This document shows, piece after piece, positions 14,901 through 27,895 of a DNA stretch of 64,000 nucleotides (its first letter is position 1; the number at the start of each line of letters is the position of its first letter). The stretch spans positions 42,968,001 to 43,032,000 of the forward strand of contig NC_087245.1 of the NCBI RefSeq assembly GCF_037042905.1, read 5' to 3'. Made by a program: the position numbers and the translations under genes. Origin of the DNA: Lytechinus pictus (lineage: Eukaryota). The notes under the pieces were generated by a model, which saw only the letters and a list, made by a program, of their open reading frames with translations, did no database searches and was not told where the DNA came from.

Positions 14901-17900
14901 GTTTATTGAGATACGCAGCTTGATCTTTATTCAAAACGTGCTTAAAGTACCAAGTCTGCGCTCTCATTATTAATAAAGGAACTTCCTTTTTCATGATTTA
15001 CAAAACATAAATAGGTCGATCTGAAATCTCAAATTTTTTCCTTGCTCGCATAAGTTGTTTAGTTTTATACCTATACCGTATATTTCAAAAAGTGCTTAGA
15101 ATGTCATTTTTAAGGTCGGAATGTCAAAAAAGTTTTCAGCACGCGCTTCGCGCTCGCATTATCTAAAAGTTGAAATATGTATTGTCTTAAAATGGCTAAC
15201 TGCAAATCGTCCTTAACAGGTACCTTTTTCGATCAAGCCAGAACCCATATTACAAATTTCTGCTCGCGCTTCGCGCTTTTACATATGCATCTTGTTCAGG
15301 TTCACAAACATTGCCCAGAATATTCAATTTTCAGGACAAAATACATGAAATTCCAAATAAATTCAGCTCGCGCTTCGCGCTCGCACTATTCTAATAGGGC
15401 TTATATGAGATTAATACGTTTTTTATATTGTTTTATTATAATGAAGCTGAGAATTGACTGATAGGACATCGGCGTTCCCCCCCCCCCCCCAATATTTCAC
15501 GACCAAGAAAATGGGAGAAAAGTAAAGGGATAAGTGTAAAATAGGCCTATAATTTTTCAAATATTATGTGAAAATCTATCACAAACTTTGATTTTTCTAA
15601 TTAAAATGTCACCATTTTTGCTCGCTCGCTTCACTCGCAACTTCTTATTAACTTTACGCGATATGCCGTATCAAGCCCCCTCAAATTGTTGGCTCATTAC
15701 CCCACTGAGACAACCCCTTCAAAGAAACAAACAAAAATCAACTTTGAGCGGCCGATCGGGGAAAATATGGGTGAAATTATTCGCCCCCCCCCCTATTGGC
15801 GGGAGCTGGATCCGCCCCTGCTGTCATATGATACAAGTTCAGCTTTACTGCACAAAAGTTTGTATCTGCACATGATTACCCTTGATCCATGAAGTAACAT
15901 AACTTAGAAGAAAATAAGAGGACAATGGCGGTTGCTGGAGGTTTTAGTACACCCTGGCTGAAGTACGTTTAATAGGTAAAAGTGTCATAATCAACTCTTA
16001 TAAAAATCGCAATAACGGAAGTGTTTCATAACCTTTTAAGGCGCATTGGCGAGACATTAAAGTTGAGTCTTAATTTCCAACGCCTAGTGCACTGGCAACC
16101 ATGGGCGGTAGGGCGTGATGGGGAATTACAATTCGTATTAATCGCCACCCATCAAATTCCCCACAAGATGGGTTTACCAGATAGAGGTATAATGATTTTG
16201 ATAGGCGTGACTTCATATCTACTAGAGATTTCCAAGGTTACTAAAACACAGATAACTGAATCTTTCATTTGAAAAGCCAAAGTACGAAACAATTAAGACT
16301 GAACTTCGGGCAGTTCATGATCCCGCGTCACGACAGCTTAAAACCAGTATAACATTTGAAATAACAATACTCATTTCTAGGAGCATATATGCGATCTTTA
16401 AAACAAAATTCACAAGCATGGGACAGTGATTTAGATTAGCTATTGTATCATTTTTCGGAATAAGTATTATATAACCATTTACACGAGTAGATAGTAACTT
16501 GGCATATAAACAATGTTATTAATGGCTAACGACCCCTCTCAATTTCGAAATAATTCAGGGACAAATATATATATATTATGCGTATATATAAAAAAATGTA
16601 CATGTTACAGCGAAAGAAGCGAATGAATTTCAAATACTTTTCGGTTGGGAGTCGGTAAAACGTTTCCTGAACTCAGTGGTTTGATAAACAACTGATGCGC
16701 ATAGGAACATAAGAATATATAAATCAGTACTTAATAAACAATGCAACTTTGGCAGAAAAACTTTGAGAAAATGTTTCTATGTTGAGTAAAAGTCTCGGTT
16801 ATGATATCACCCCATGTAAATGCTCACACATAACATACTATAAATAGTTTCGAATATGTATCGTCATTAATAATATGTGTGTTATGTATATTATACAGTC
16901 CGTAGCAATAAAAAGGTTTGCACTTTGGGAAAAGGCTGGTTTTTAGTTGATAAATTTACAACATGGGGAAAATTTCTTCCAAATATAGTCTTTTGCTTTG
17001 GTCTTTTCCATGAGATGGTAGCATCATTTTTTTTTACATTATTCAAAATAACATTTGGGAGAGCACTGTCCACGTTCGTAAAGCACATAGAAAGGGGAGC
17101 TGGGTATATAGTATAAAATAAATGTAAAAAAAAACTTTATTTCAGCAATATTCTGATTAAGGTTTGTTCTTTGAAAGGGGGTTTGCATTTTTGCACTTCA
17201 TTTAATTCTTGTTTCTCTCCCCACCAAGTGAATGTGTATTCATATCATAAAAATAGTAATCTACCCGTATTTACTTCAATTATATGGTTAACTTGGGTAT
17301 CAAACGAATGATTCATGTAATATTATAAGTCTCGATATGGGTGAGGCAAGACGTTTCATTCCTGAAAAGGCCTGGTTATTTGACTTTTAGTTGGCTTGAT
17401 AGGCATCTAAACTTATGTTCATTGAGATGGCAAGAAAGATAATGTAGTTGTTTTCTCTCTCACCTTGCAATCTTTGTGTTCGAATCTTACCGCGGCCTAG
17501 CGCCCTTTGGCAAGGGGTTAATCAACACTTTGAAACTGGTATGGACGATTTTAATACTACAGCATTGGATCTGAATTATCATTCATGTATGGCAATCAGC
17601 ACAATAAACACTGAAACGTAACTGTATCGGAAGAAGTGAAATCAGAAAAAGGGTGAACCTTTGCAGTCTGTCTGACTGACTGGGGCGGAAGGGGCAGTGG
17701 ACATGTCACGGTTGGGCTATCATTTTCATTGGTGTGCCCCTGATGCATGGCGAAGGAGCGTACGTTTTAATATTGGAACCTGCGATGCGCGGCAAAAGGG
17801 GAATTATGGGCTCATAGAGGAGAAAGGTTCAGGTGACAGCTTTGCGAGGGTATTCGCTCTAATCATGCCCGGATCCCGACATGGTTCATGTTGTCTCTCC

Positions 17901-18727
17901 TTCTCTCTCACTTGACAAGAGACAATTGCTTCAAACATCTTGTCCTTTTCTCACCGACAGGCCTATTTTTTGTTCAGTTGATCCTGAACTATTGCAATTC
18001 TCTTTCTTACAATACCTAAGCATTCGCTTGAAATATCCTTTTTTTAACTTGGGTCATGTTTGCGCTAGTGAGTGATGATCTGATTAGATTTGGGGTCATA
18101 ACATCTAAGAGGTCATTGTTGATTCTCTGCTTAATCTGCCTTCATCTCCACAACGCAGTTGACGATTCCCTTCCTCTCTGACACAGTTACCTATTGGATC
18201 AAACTCACAAGGCAAAGTGTCAATTCGAAAAGCACTGACATCTTCATAACAACATTACAAAGGCCCTTCCAATCATACCCCAAACTCAATAATTATACCA
18301 CCATTCTCGTCAGCACTGAGGATTAAATACTTCCGAGGGACGGCAGTTACTTTGAGAAAATGTTTCTATGTTGAGTAAAAGTCTCGGTTATGATATCACC
18401 CTATGTAAAATGCTTATACATAACATATTCATAACATACTTTATTTAAGTCACTTGCCGGCTAGGCTTGAAACGAAACAAAAATTTCAATTTCATTTTAT
18501 TTTCCCAGAGTGTCCCATTGAAGACACCTGAAAAAATCGCAAAAAATCGTATCCGAAATCCACAACCCGAGTGATTACGAACGCGCACGCGACCCGAGTT
18601 AATAGTAACTGCCCGACGGACAGGGCCCTGGGAACGATTTTTTTTTCGGTGGGGGTGCAGACATGGGCTGAAATCTCTCCTTGAAGGTGGAAGATGGGGG
18701 ACACAATTAAGGTTTCCATTGTTCTTG

Positions 18728-18758
<31 letters not shown>

Positions 18759-21700
18759 ACACGCTAGGGCACCCCACAAACACCCCCCCAAAAAAAACAT
18801 ACTCCTATATATAAATTTATATATGACAGTGACTTCTTACCTTTATTCTTATAAAAGAACATAGATATATAATCAAAAAGTGCGAACGCGAAGCGCGAGC
18901 TATTTTTTTTATATTTTCATGTATTTTGTCCTGAAAATTGAACATTTTGAGCAATGTTTGTGATCCTGAACAAGATGCGTATCTAACAAATTATTACGGC
19001 GAGCGCAATCAGCACGAGCAGATATTTTTAAATATACGTTCTGGCTTGATAGAAAAGGGCTTGTTATAAGCTTGACTGTTGGCAATTATCCATGAAGACG
19101 ATACATATTTCATCAAATAATTCGAGCGCGAAGCGCGAGCTAAAAGTTATGACATTCCGACCTAAAACGGGACATTTTAAGCACTTTTAAAATCATGAAC
19201 AGGATAGGTATATAACTACAATTGATGCGAGCGCAAAGTGCGAGCGGAAACAAATTTAGATTTTTGTAAATCAGAAAAAGGGTGGGTAACTGGATGTCTT
19301 TCTACATCAATAATGTGAACGCGAAGCACGAGCTGAAAAAATATTTGATATTCCAATCTGAAAAAGGGTTAAATTAAGCACTATTTCAAGCAATGCGTAG
19401 GAAAATTCTGAAGGGGGGGGGGGGGGGGAGGGGGCAGTCCTAAAAACGTTGTTTATTTTCAGTAATAATAATAGGTATTTGTAGAGCGCTATCTATCTAG
19501 AAACAATCTATTCCGAGTCGCATTTTTATTATTATTATTATTATTACCCCGGCTTTAGCTCGAGCTGCCTTTCAGCGCTCGTGCATTCAAGGAATTAATC
19601 CTGCCGGGTACCCATTCACCTCACCTGGGTCGAGTTCAGCACAGGATAAATTTATTGCTGAAGGAAAACACGCAATGGCTAGGATTGGAACCCACGACCC
19701 TCTGTTTGAAAGGCAAGAGTCAGAACCACTAGACCACGGCGCGCCCACATTACAGCTCTGTCATCTATCATATACCTACCAGATTTCCAGTGGGTACTGC
19801 CTTTGGAAAATAACACACGCAGCATCCCCCCCCAAAGAAAAAAATTGGGGGTGCTTCAGCACCGCCAGCACCCTCGCTTCCCAGGGCCATTTCGACACAA
19901 CGTATTGGAAAATTGTAGAAGTTGCGCAACTTCTACAGTCTTTCCATCTTCTTTGTCCCTGGGGGCCGTTTCATAAAGTTGTTCGTAAGTTAAGAACAAC
20001 TTTAAGAACGACTGGTGAACCTTTCTTACGCGCTTAACCATTGCCAATGAACATTTTTGTGTATACCATTTACCACAAGAAAGGATCACCAGTCGTTCTT
20101 AAAGTCGCTCTTAACTTACGAACAGCTTTATGAAACACTCATCAGGTATGTTTGATTTTTTTTTTAGTCTGGCAATGGCGAAGAAATAATTTTTGACTAT
20201 GCGCAGTCCAATCCACCTAGATAAACATAGTTTTATTCTCGTTTTTCAGTGGCATCCAATCTCCCAGACAAGTTCGATTGGCGTGACGTGGGCGGCATCG
20301 ACTACGTGTCTCCTGTCCGTGATCAAGGAATTTGTGGAAGCTGCTATGCCTTTGCTTCGACAGCAACACAGGAGTCCAGGCTGAGGGTGATGACCAACAA
20401 TACCGTGAAGGTGGTGATGTCTCCGCAGGAAGTGGTCAGTTGCTCGGAGTACGCCCAAGGGTGCGAAGGCGGGTTTCCATATCTCATCGCAGGTGAGATA
20501 CATGTCGTGGTTGTTGTATAGAGGTAGTGCATTATAGACAGAATGCGACTGAGAAGTAAGCTAGCTGACTGAAATAATATAATGTTGAGTAGCCTGGGTG
20601 TACACTGTTAGAAAATTTATCCTTAAAATAAAAGAAATTCTTGCAGCAGAGTCTCGAGAACACCTGTCATCTTACCAGATTGCGTTATCTTACAGGAAAT
20701 TGGTATTTGGTGTAAGGAACCTTACAGATGTTCTTTGATAAAACACCCTTTTCCCCTTATTAAACTGACCTGTTCTGTTAAATTGCAGAAAAATTCCTGT
20801 TTTATGAATTTACAGAATGATTCTGTTATTGCTTTCTGCAAAATCTTTTTTTTTACTGTAAAATCAGGGTTTTTTAAGCAGTGTATACTAATGTATCGTA
20901 TGGTTGCGAGGTCGGTGACCTCTCTTACCATTCCCCTGTTTGAATGGCTTGACACCCGCGGGAAAAATTGGTGTGCGAATGAAAATTTAACCTACATTCC
21001 CAATCGCGTAACAAGTCATTCATGATATAAATATCACTAACAGTTCCGGGGGGAGTGTCCAAATTTATACTTATCAATATTCATTACTCGTTAAATTTGA
21101 GCATGTTGGCACTCAAACATGATTTCCTTCAGACTTTATCGCCACTTCCGATAAATATCACTCTCATCTTGCAGTGGTGAAAGATCACACGTCTTTATCG
21201 CAAGTGGTGATCTATCATAACTCGCGATGGGCGGTTAGAGTAAGTTATCGATGAATGATGTTAAAGATCACCGTTGGTTAAAGTTGCTAAAAAGGCATGA
21301 TCACCATGGGCAATGTACATAGTGACACGTACTCCTCCAATATGGGCTAGACACGTGGTAAACCCGTTTAATGAATTCTAATAATTGTATAACTCACAGG
21401 GAAGTACGGTCAGGACTTTGGCCTTGTGGACGAAACTTGCTATCCGTACCGGGAAAGAGACGCACCTTGCAGGCGGGTATCCTGCAGAAGATTCCGTACC
21501 AGTGAATACCACTACATCGGGGGCTTTTACGGCGCTTGCAATGAAGATCTAATGCGCCTGGAGCTCCTCCGCAGCGGTCCATTGGCAATCAGTTTTGAGG
21601 TGTACGATGATTTCCTTTTCTATCGTGGAGGCATCTACCATCACGTCCCGATGTATGACCGATTCAATCCTTGGGAGACTACGAACCATGTTGTAACCAT

Positions 21701-21872
21701 CGTAGGATATGGTCACAAGGGAAACAATCCGAAGAAAGGGGAAAAGTACTGGATTGTCCAAAATACATGGGGGTCGGAGTGGGGAGAGAGGGGCTACTTT
21801 AGAATCAGGAGGGGTGATAACGAGTGTAATATCGAAACCCTGGCAGTTGCCACTACACCCCTCACAAATTAG
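5814..21872 (+). CDS. CTSC: Cathepsin C / dipeptidyl peptidase I, 6 exons: 5814-5978, 8086-8185, 10752-11051, 11908-12057, 20250-20492, 21400-21872 (1431 nt, 476 aa)
   Basis: Hydrophobic signal peptide followed by the exclusion-domain start DTPANC and [10 protein letters not shown]. The mature papain domain has [20 protein letters not shown] (catalytic Cys), [20 protein letters not shown] (His) and YWIVQNTWG (Asn). All introns are GT-AG and the phases (0,1,1,1,1) join into one open frame. Confidence 0.96.
6079..6290. mobile_element. Short Tc1/mariner-like MITE
   Basis: TA-CAGT...gtgaacccc / ggggtccac...ACTG-TA degenerate TIRs with TA flanks. Confidence 0.5.
6370..6574. mobile_element. CACTCTAAAAA MITE, copy 1 (EnSpm-type)
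   Basis: TA|CACTCTAAAAA ... TTTTTAGAGTG|TA; internal acccaatattgggt repeats. Confidence 0.85.
6880..7104. mobile_element. CACTCTAAAAA MITE, copy 2, inverted relative to copy 1
   Basis: TA|CACTCTAAAAA ... TTTTAAGAGTG|TA; reverse-complement similarity to 6370-6574. Confidence 0.85.
7190..7678. mobile_element. Partial Helentron/DINE-like non-autonomous repeat (family of 25658-26730 and 56504-57418, opposite orientation)
   Basis: End gctgctatattgaatcgcgtaatgctggtgagactgccagaggcgctacacttgtt is the reverse complement of the ends at 25658 and 56504. Confidence 0.7.
7683..7965. mobile_element. Palindromic MITE remnant
   Basis: atattttggtagagcatgatgaaa...tcggtccatggggcc...catgaatacataattagcccc mirrored by ggggctaattatgtattcatg...catggaccga...accaaaatat. 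Confidence 0.7.
8086..8185 (+). CDS. CTSC: Cathepsin C exon 2 (absent from ORF track)
   Basis: gacag acceptor; [33 protein letters not shown]; gttagt donor; phases fit exons 1 and 3. Confidence 0.85.
10752..11051 (+). CDS. CTSC: Cathepsin C exon 3 (exclusion domain)
   Basis: [26 protein letters not shown]...[14 protein letters not shown]; tag acceptor and gtaat donor. Confidence 0.92.
11908..12057 (+). CDS. CTSC: Cathepsin C exon 4 (propeptide)
   Basis: [14 protein letters not shown]...DLRRRAGG, typical of the cathepsin C activation peptide; aag acceptor and gtatgt donor. Confidence 0.9.
12247..12923. mobile_element. Non-autonomous TIR element (PIF/Harbinger-like ends)
   Basis: AGGCCCCCTCACAC..accgaat / attcggt..GTGTGAGGGGGCTT, with TA-containing flanks. 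Confidence 0.7.
13796..15820. mobile_element. Non-autonomous TIR element (probably hAT-like) with a 6-bp TSD
   Basis: TIRs CATAGGCGGATCCAG / CTGGATCCGCCCCTG; exact CTGTCA on both sides (13790-13795, 15821-15826); internal dispersed gctcgcgcttcgcgctcgca motifs. Confidence 0.85.
18880..19435 (-). mobile_element. Fragment of the 13796-15820 family, opposite orientation
   Basis: Repeated gcgagcgcgaagcgcgagc motifs; reverse-complement similarity to about 14730-15370. Another fragment lies at about 29060-29460. Confidence 0.65.
19470..19746 (-). mobile_element. tRNA-derived SINE
   Basis: Minus strand has A box TGGTCTAGTGG, B box GGTTCCAATCC, core cgacccaggtgaggtgaatgggtacc and a (TAA)n-rich tail. 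Confidence 0.75.
19960..20140. mobile_element. Palindromic MITE; related copies at about 32491-32640 and 32940-33095, similarly ended elements at about 1205-1362 and 50545-50702
   Basis: gtttcataaagttgttcgtaagttaaga ... tcttaacttacgaacagctttatgaaac inverted arms. Confidence 0.75.
20250..20492 (+). CDS. CTSC: Cathepsin C exon 5 (heavy chain, catalytic Cys)
   Basis: [12 protein letters not shown]...[13 protein letters not shown]...[11 protein letters not shown]; tttttcag acceptor and gtgaga donor. Confidence 0.96.
20603..20883. mobile_element. CACTG-ended MITE (EnSpm-type)
   Basis: TA|CACTGTTAGAAAA ... TTTTTAAGCAGTG|TA. Confidence 0.85.
21400..21872 (+). CDS. CTSC: Cathepsin C exon 6 (catalytic His and Asn, stop)
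   Basis: [17 protein letters not shown]...[11 protein letters not shown]...[10 protein letters not shown]...[25 protein letters not shown] stop. Confidence 0.96.
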
Positions 21873-22052
21873 ACCAAAATAGGCGTTGCACGTTCCCGAA
21901 GATAAAGGGCAAGTTTGGATGACTATGTAAATCTATATCTGGGGGTGTTTTGAAGAAAAAATATTCGTGACATTGGTAAATTTATTAGGAGGGTGACTCC
22001 CCTTCCTGAAACCTTAGTGTACTAACCATCTAATATTACAGCAATGTTTGGG

Positions 22053-22058
22053 AATAAA
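22053..22058 (+). terminator. Candidate polyadenylation signal of CTSC
   Basis: AATAAA about 180 bp after the stop, followed by GT/T-rich sequence. Confidence 0.4.
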
Positions 22059-22147
22059 GTATTTATATTGATGTAATGTGGAGATGGATTTCTTATTTGA
22101 ATGTTTGGGTTCAATGAATTTGGATTAACATTTTATATTACGTTTTC

Positions 22148-22182
<35 letters not shown>

Positions 22183-22200
22183 GTATATATATATATATAT
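22148..22200. repeat. (AT)n microsatellite
   Basis: Interrupted AT run. Confidence 0.9.
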
Positions 22201-24848
22201 AAAGAAAACTCTTATGGAAGATAGTTGTTAGATAATTCACACTTTGATTGAAGCTCATTTTTAAATTCAAATATACTATAGTATCACTGAAGGTGAATTA
22301 GTAAATTGATATGAAAGAACCTACATGTAGTGTAGTAGTCTCGATTTATTTGAAATGTTTAATTCGTGGGTATGGTTTAAACAAAGAACAAAATGTAGCT
22401 TTCGAAAGAAGGTGAAGGTGTGTGACAACACTTCAGTGATGGTTGAATGTGTATTTTGTGTGATAAAGAGTTATTCTTTGTAAATAATAGTCAAATATAT
22501 TATTTGTAATACTGGCATGAAAATTCGTAAACTTTTGTTGACTTACTGTACCTGTAACTGTAATACTGCGCGATTTATAATATTTTCTTTAAAAATTAAC
22601 TGGTGACGTACACACTATGACATGAAAACATACATGTATTTCTACATCACGTTTTCACTTTTGAGCTGGGACTATATGAAACACAATTTATGCTAAACCC
22701 TTGTCTGCTTTATATTAAATGTGATATGCAATACATTATTAGATCTCCGTTTTTGATCGGTTTAATTTTTTGTAATAACCTGTTGTACCAGTCGCATTTC
22801 CAGTTATGTTCTATAAAGCAACAATTCACACGTCTTCCTGATTTATGTCATGTTTTATTTTTATTACATAGCTTTATATTCTCTACATTTAATTTGACCT
22901 TAGTATTTGGTTCAAACTATGTAGAATGATGTTACCAGCATTAGATGAATCAATCTAGATCTTGGAATCTGTTGCACAATAACCTTCAAACATGTTTATG
23001 TAAATTCGTAGTCAGTCATTATTCATTGTATGTAAATACTCCATGCTGTCGTTTTCTTTAATAATGGATACTGAATTTGCTGGAATCACCACGGGAACAC
23101 AATATAAACATTGCTATAATTATTTTATGTATTATTGAGTTATGATTGTATTTTGAACGCATGAAATCACTTTGGTCAAAAGTGCGAAAATGGTATGTTT
23201 AAAGAACCGCTCTCACGTTCATCAGCATCAACTAGCTACGTTACAAAGTTTCGAATCAAATGTCCTCTCCGTAGACAGACAATTAATTTCTGTCTCGAGA
23301 GTTCATCATTTTTAAATGACCGACCAAGCGATTGATGCTTAATCCCGTTGTGACGTCATGTAACGTTTGAAGAAGCACAGCATATTAATTTTGTGCTCAA
23401 GACACGCATGCCAACGTTTTATACTGGGCACATCAAAATTACAAAGATTCTCAACAGATTAGCATGTCCATTTTCATATTGTACATTACGAGTTCGTTTG
23501 TAAAACAAAAAATCGTAAAAATATTTATCAAATTATATTCACAGTATAAAGGGAATTGTATATTGTATAAGATATTCGTATTTTGATAATGAATCTGTTC
23601 AATTTAATGCATTTACTCTATATTGTAAACATTGATAGCTATATTCCATGTAATTTGCAATTTCACTCTAAGACACGATTATGGTGTGGAAAAAAGTGTA
23701 TATAAAGTAATGTTATCTTTGGTAAAGAGATTTATACTGGTTTTCCTCTCCTTTCCTGGATCGACAATTCTCTATTTTGGTTTTTGGTTGGATTAGTAAT
23801 CTAATTTTATCAACATACATGTATTAGTATTTTGCACGAAAAGGGAAAAAGAAGGGGAGAAAAGTAGTCTAAAGTAATACAATGTGAAATGTCTATTGAT
23901 CTTTCTCACCGTTTTATGTAAGTTTTATTATTTGTATTTGTTTAAAAAAAGATAGGTCTGGATATCGATTTAATAAACTCCTTTTCTTTACTGTTGAGAA
24001 CATGTGAACATGCATTATTTATTTATCCATGTCTGAAAACTATTGGTTCAGTACACTCACACAAATCAACGTGAGTACAAACGTACAAGCACACAATCAC
24101 CCACAAACACGCCCACACTCGAACACGCTAACGTGCTCATCCATCTTCATGTAGATATATTTATTGTGAAATTAAACGAACCGTAAGATGTCATTACTAT
24201 CTTATCGTACATACTGTACGATTTGGATGAAATTTTTAGTGTAATGCTCATTTGATTTGTCTCTTTTTGTTCAAATCAACTTTGTTTTGGGATGGACTTG
24301 CCCTTTCAACTTGATCCGGGCAGATATGGCGTAGGGGTATTTTGATAACTGGGGATATTTCGATAGGTGACATTCCTATATTCTTTTCTGAATTGAAATT
24401 TAGGGGTATTACATGGACCAAACTTGTCAATTTCATGAGTTGTCTACCTCCTTTCCTACCTCTTTCCCCTTTGTCCTCCTACTCCTACACCCGACACCCT
24501 TTGTTCCCCTACCCCGGCTCCTTTTAGTTCACGACTTCAAAAATAAATAGGGAACTAGGGGAAAGACAGACGGACAGACGAGAGGAGGAATTGATAGAGA
24601 GGGAGCAGGAGGGGGGATGTGTCCGTTTCCGACTCCTCGAAAAAGGAAATACACACACACTTTCACACGCATCCACGATCAGCCTGTCTCAGAAGCATTG
24701 TTATGCATCTGCTTTGTATGTAACTCATTATATAAAGGCATCGAACCTTGTGTACTCCTTTGATGAATAATACACTTTAAGGAAAAGTTGTTTTAGAATT
24801 ATTACATTTCCTTGTTTTATACACCCATCCTAGACGGGACGTATATTA

Positions 24849-27800
24849 TAGTCCAGGATAGAAGAGGCATAACCTTGTTTTTTCATATATACAATATTTT
24901 TTTATGGTTTCTTGTCAATTCGATGGTGCTGATTACGAATCTGAATGATGCCACTTATGTAACCTTGCCGAGCGTTTTCCGCAAATTGGCAAAATCGAAT
25001 ATGGCCGCCAAAATATGCATATTACCCATGAAAATCATAAAATTGCCAGCAAATTGGCTATAAAATGTATGCATTTGTGTTGCAGGGGTGAAATACTCTC
25101 TGAAATAAACAATTTTTTGACAAAATATTTATTTCTTGATATTCAAAATGGCCACCACAGATCTCTGTAGGCCTATACCCTATTATGTACAATATGAATA
25201 GGGAAAATTAATTTTTCACAAAAATTATCACTAAACTGCAAGTAATTGTGATCTATGGACGAAGTAAAATATGAAAATCATCAATACTAACAACATATAT
25301 CATATATTATGTCATGTATGGGGAAATTGTTGTATTTGATATTCAAAATAGCAGCCACTGGCCAAAAACGTATTATTTTCTACAGCAAAGGGGCCAACAA
25401 AAATGGCAAGAGTGAGCAATAAAATGCATATTAATATTATTAAGAGAAACGAGTGGAATACTGACTAAAATCACAATTGCTAACGAAATATATTATTTAA
25501 TATGCCATGTATGTGATAAATGCTGTATTTTGATATTTAAAATGGCCGCCAAAGGCCATAACAGTATTATGTACAATGATAAAGAGGACCAAAGAAATCA
25601 CGAGAGTGAGCACTGACATGCATTTATTTGTGATGAATAAATGGGATACTGTCTTAAAACAAGTGGAACGCCTCTGGCAGTCTTGCCTGCATTACGCGAT
25701 TTAATATAGCAGCAGTCCTAACTTTGAAAACTACTATAAAATAATCATTCACAAAAACACCATTCATATAATGACATAATACCACGTTCATTGACCATAA
25801 ATGACATTTGAACGGTGACTTAAGAGTTGTCAACTACACCCATGTCCACATTTCATTCACTCTATCCATAAACTTTCAAAGTTATGATGGCAATTCAACA
25901 ATTACCCCAACATGGCCTAATTTTATTGACCTTAACTGACCTTTGACCTTGGTTTTGTGACCTGAAACTCACAGAGGATGTTTAGTGATACTTGATTATT
26001 CTTATATCCCAAGTTTTAGGAACTAGATCCATAAACTTTCAGAGTTAAGATGTTAATTCAACAAATACCCCCAACATGGACAAAGTTCATTGACCTTAAA
26101 TGACCTTTGACTATGGTCATGTGACCTGACACTCGTACAGGATGTTCAGTGATACTTGATTACTCTTATGTCCCAATTTTTATGAACTAGATCCATAAAC
26201 TTTCAGAGTTAGGAGAGTAATTTTACAAAACCCCCATCACGGCCAAAGTTCATTGACCTTAAATGACCATTGACCATGGTCATGTGACCTAAAACTCGCA
26301 CAGGATATTCAGTGGTACTTGATTAACCTTATGTCCAAGTTTCATGAACTAGATCCATGCATTTTGAAAGTTATGACAGTAATTCAACAAATACCCCCAA
26401 CTTGGCCAAAGTTCATTGACCCTAAATGACCTTTGACCTTGGTCATGTGACCTGAAACTCAGGCAGGATGTTCACTAACACTTGATTAACCTTATGTCCA
26501 AGTTTCATGAACTAGATCCATGCATTTTCAAAGTTATGACAGTAATTCAACAAATACCCCCAACTTGACCAAAGTTCATTGACCCTAAATGACCTTTGAC
26601 CTTAGTCATGTGACCTGAAACTTGAGCAGAATGTTCACTTATACTTGATTAACCTTATGCTTAAGTTTCATGAACTAGGTCCATATACTTTCTAAGTTAT
26701 GATGTCATTTCAAAAACTTAACCTTCGGTTAGAAATCATGTTTAAGACAATATTTTTAGTCATACATTACAGTTACATGCATATTTTATGATTCCCACTG
26801 AAAATAAGTTTCCCTAAACGCATGTAACATAATTTAGTTAGGGCTTGAAGCGGCTATTTTGAATGTCAAAATACAGTATTTATCACTTACATGGCAGAAG
26901 AAATGCTATATTTCATAAAAATCATGTTTTCAAATAATGTCTTATCATACAACAGGATCTTATGGATTTCATAGTCAAGTAAATCCAAATTCTTACAAAA
27001 TTACATGTCTCCGATTACATTGTAGATAATACTGTAAGGGCCTACAGGGGCCATTTTGAATTTCACAATACAGCATTTATCTCATGCATGACAAAATAAA
27101 TGATATGTTTCGCTAGAAAACATGTCTTCAGGCATTATTTTACTCGGTGATCACAAATACATGCATTTTATAGTTCTTACTCTTGTGAAAATTAATTTCT
27201 CCAATCGCATTGTACATTTATAATGGGCCTATGGCGGCCATTTTGAATTTTAAATACAGCAATTATCACATAAATTGCATTTACATTTCGTTAAAAATGA
27301 TGTTTTTGGCCAGTATTCCACTCGCTTATCTTAATACTAGTAATATGCATTTTAGTACTCACTCTTGTGATTTTCTTTTGTCCCCATTAACATTGTACAT
27401 AATACTGTCAGGACATTTGGTGGCTTTTTGAATATTAAAATGCTTCATTTATTAAATACATGACATAACAAATGATACATTTTGTTAGCAATCATGTTTT
27501 CATCCATCATTTAACTAAAAATCACAATTACTTGAATTTAGTGCTCATTTTTGTGAAGTTTGGTTTTCCCCATTCATATTGTACATAATATAGAATACAG
27601 AGGTCTATTTTTTCGTCAAAAAACTTTTTTTTTTCAGAGAGTATTTCACTCCTGCAACACAAATACATACATTTTATAACCAATTTGCGGGCATTTTTAT
27701 GATTTTCATGGGTAATTTGCACATTTTGGCGGCCATTTTGGATATTGCCAATTTGCAGAAAATGCTCAAGGTTACACGAGTGGCATCATTCAGATTCGTA

Positions 27801-27895
27801 ATCAGCACCCTCGAATTGACAAGAAACCATCAAAAAATATTGTATATATGAAAAAACAAGGTTTGGTCATTTTTTATGGGGCCTACCCTGGACTA
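24849..27895. mobile_element. Academ-like non-autonomous element with long TIRs and a 3-bp TSD
   Basis: TTA|TAGTCCAGG ... CCTGGACTA|TTA; several hundred bp of reverse-complement identity (ggtttcttgtcaattcga / tcgaattgacaagaaacc). TAG ends with a 3-bp TSD fit Academ. Confidence 0.8.
25658..26730 (-). mobile_element. Helentron/DINE-like element with about five 162-bp tandem repeats, nested in the Academ-like element
   Basis: Unit ccccaac..ggccaaagttcattgaccttaaatgacctttgacc recurs at about 25904, 26069, 26232, 26395 and 26557; same end sequence as 56504. Confidence 0.8.
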
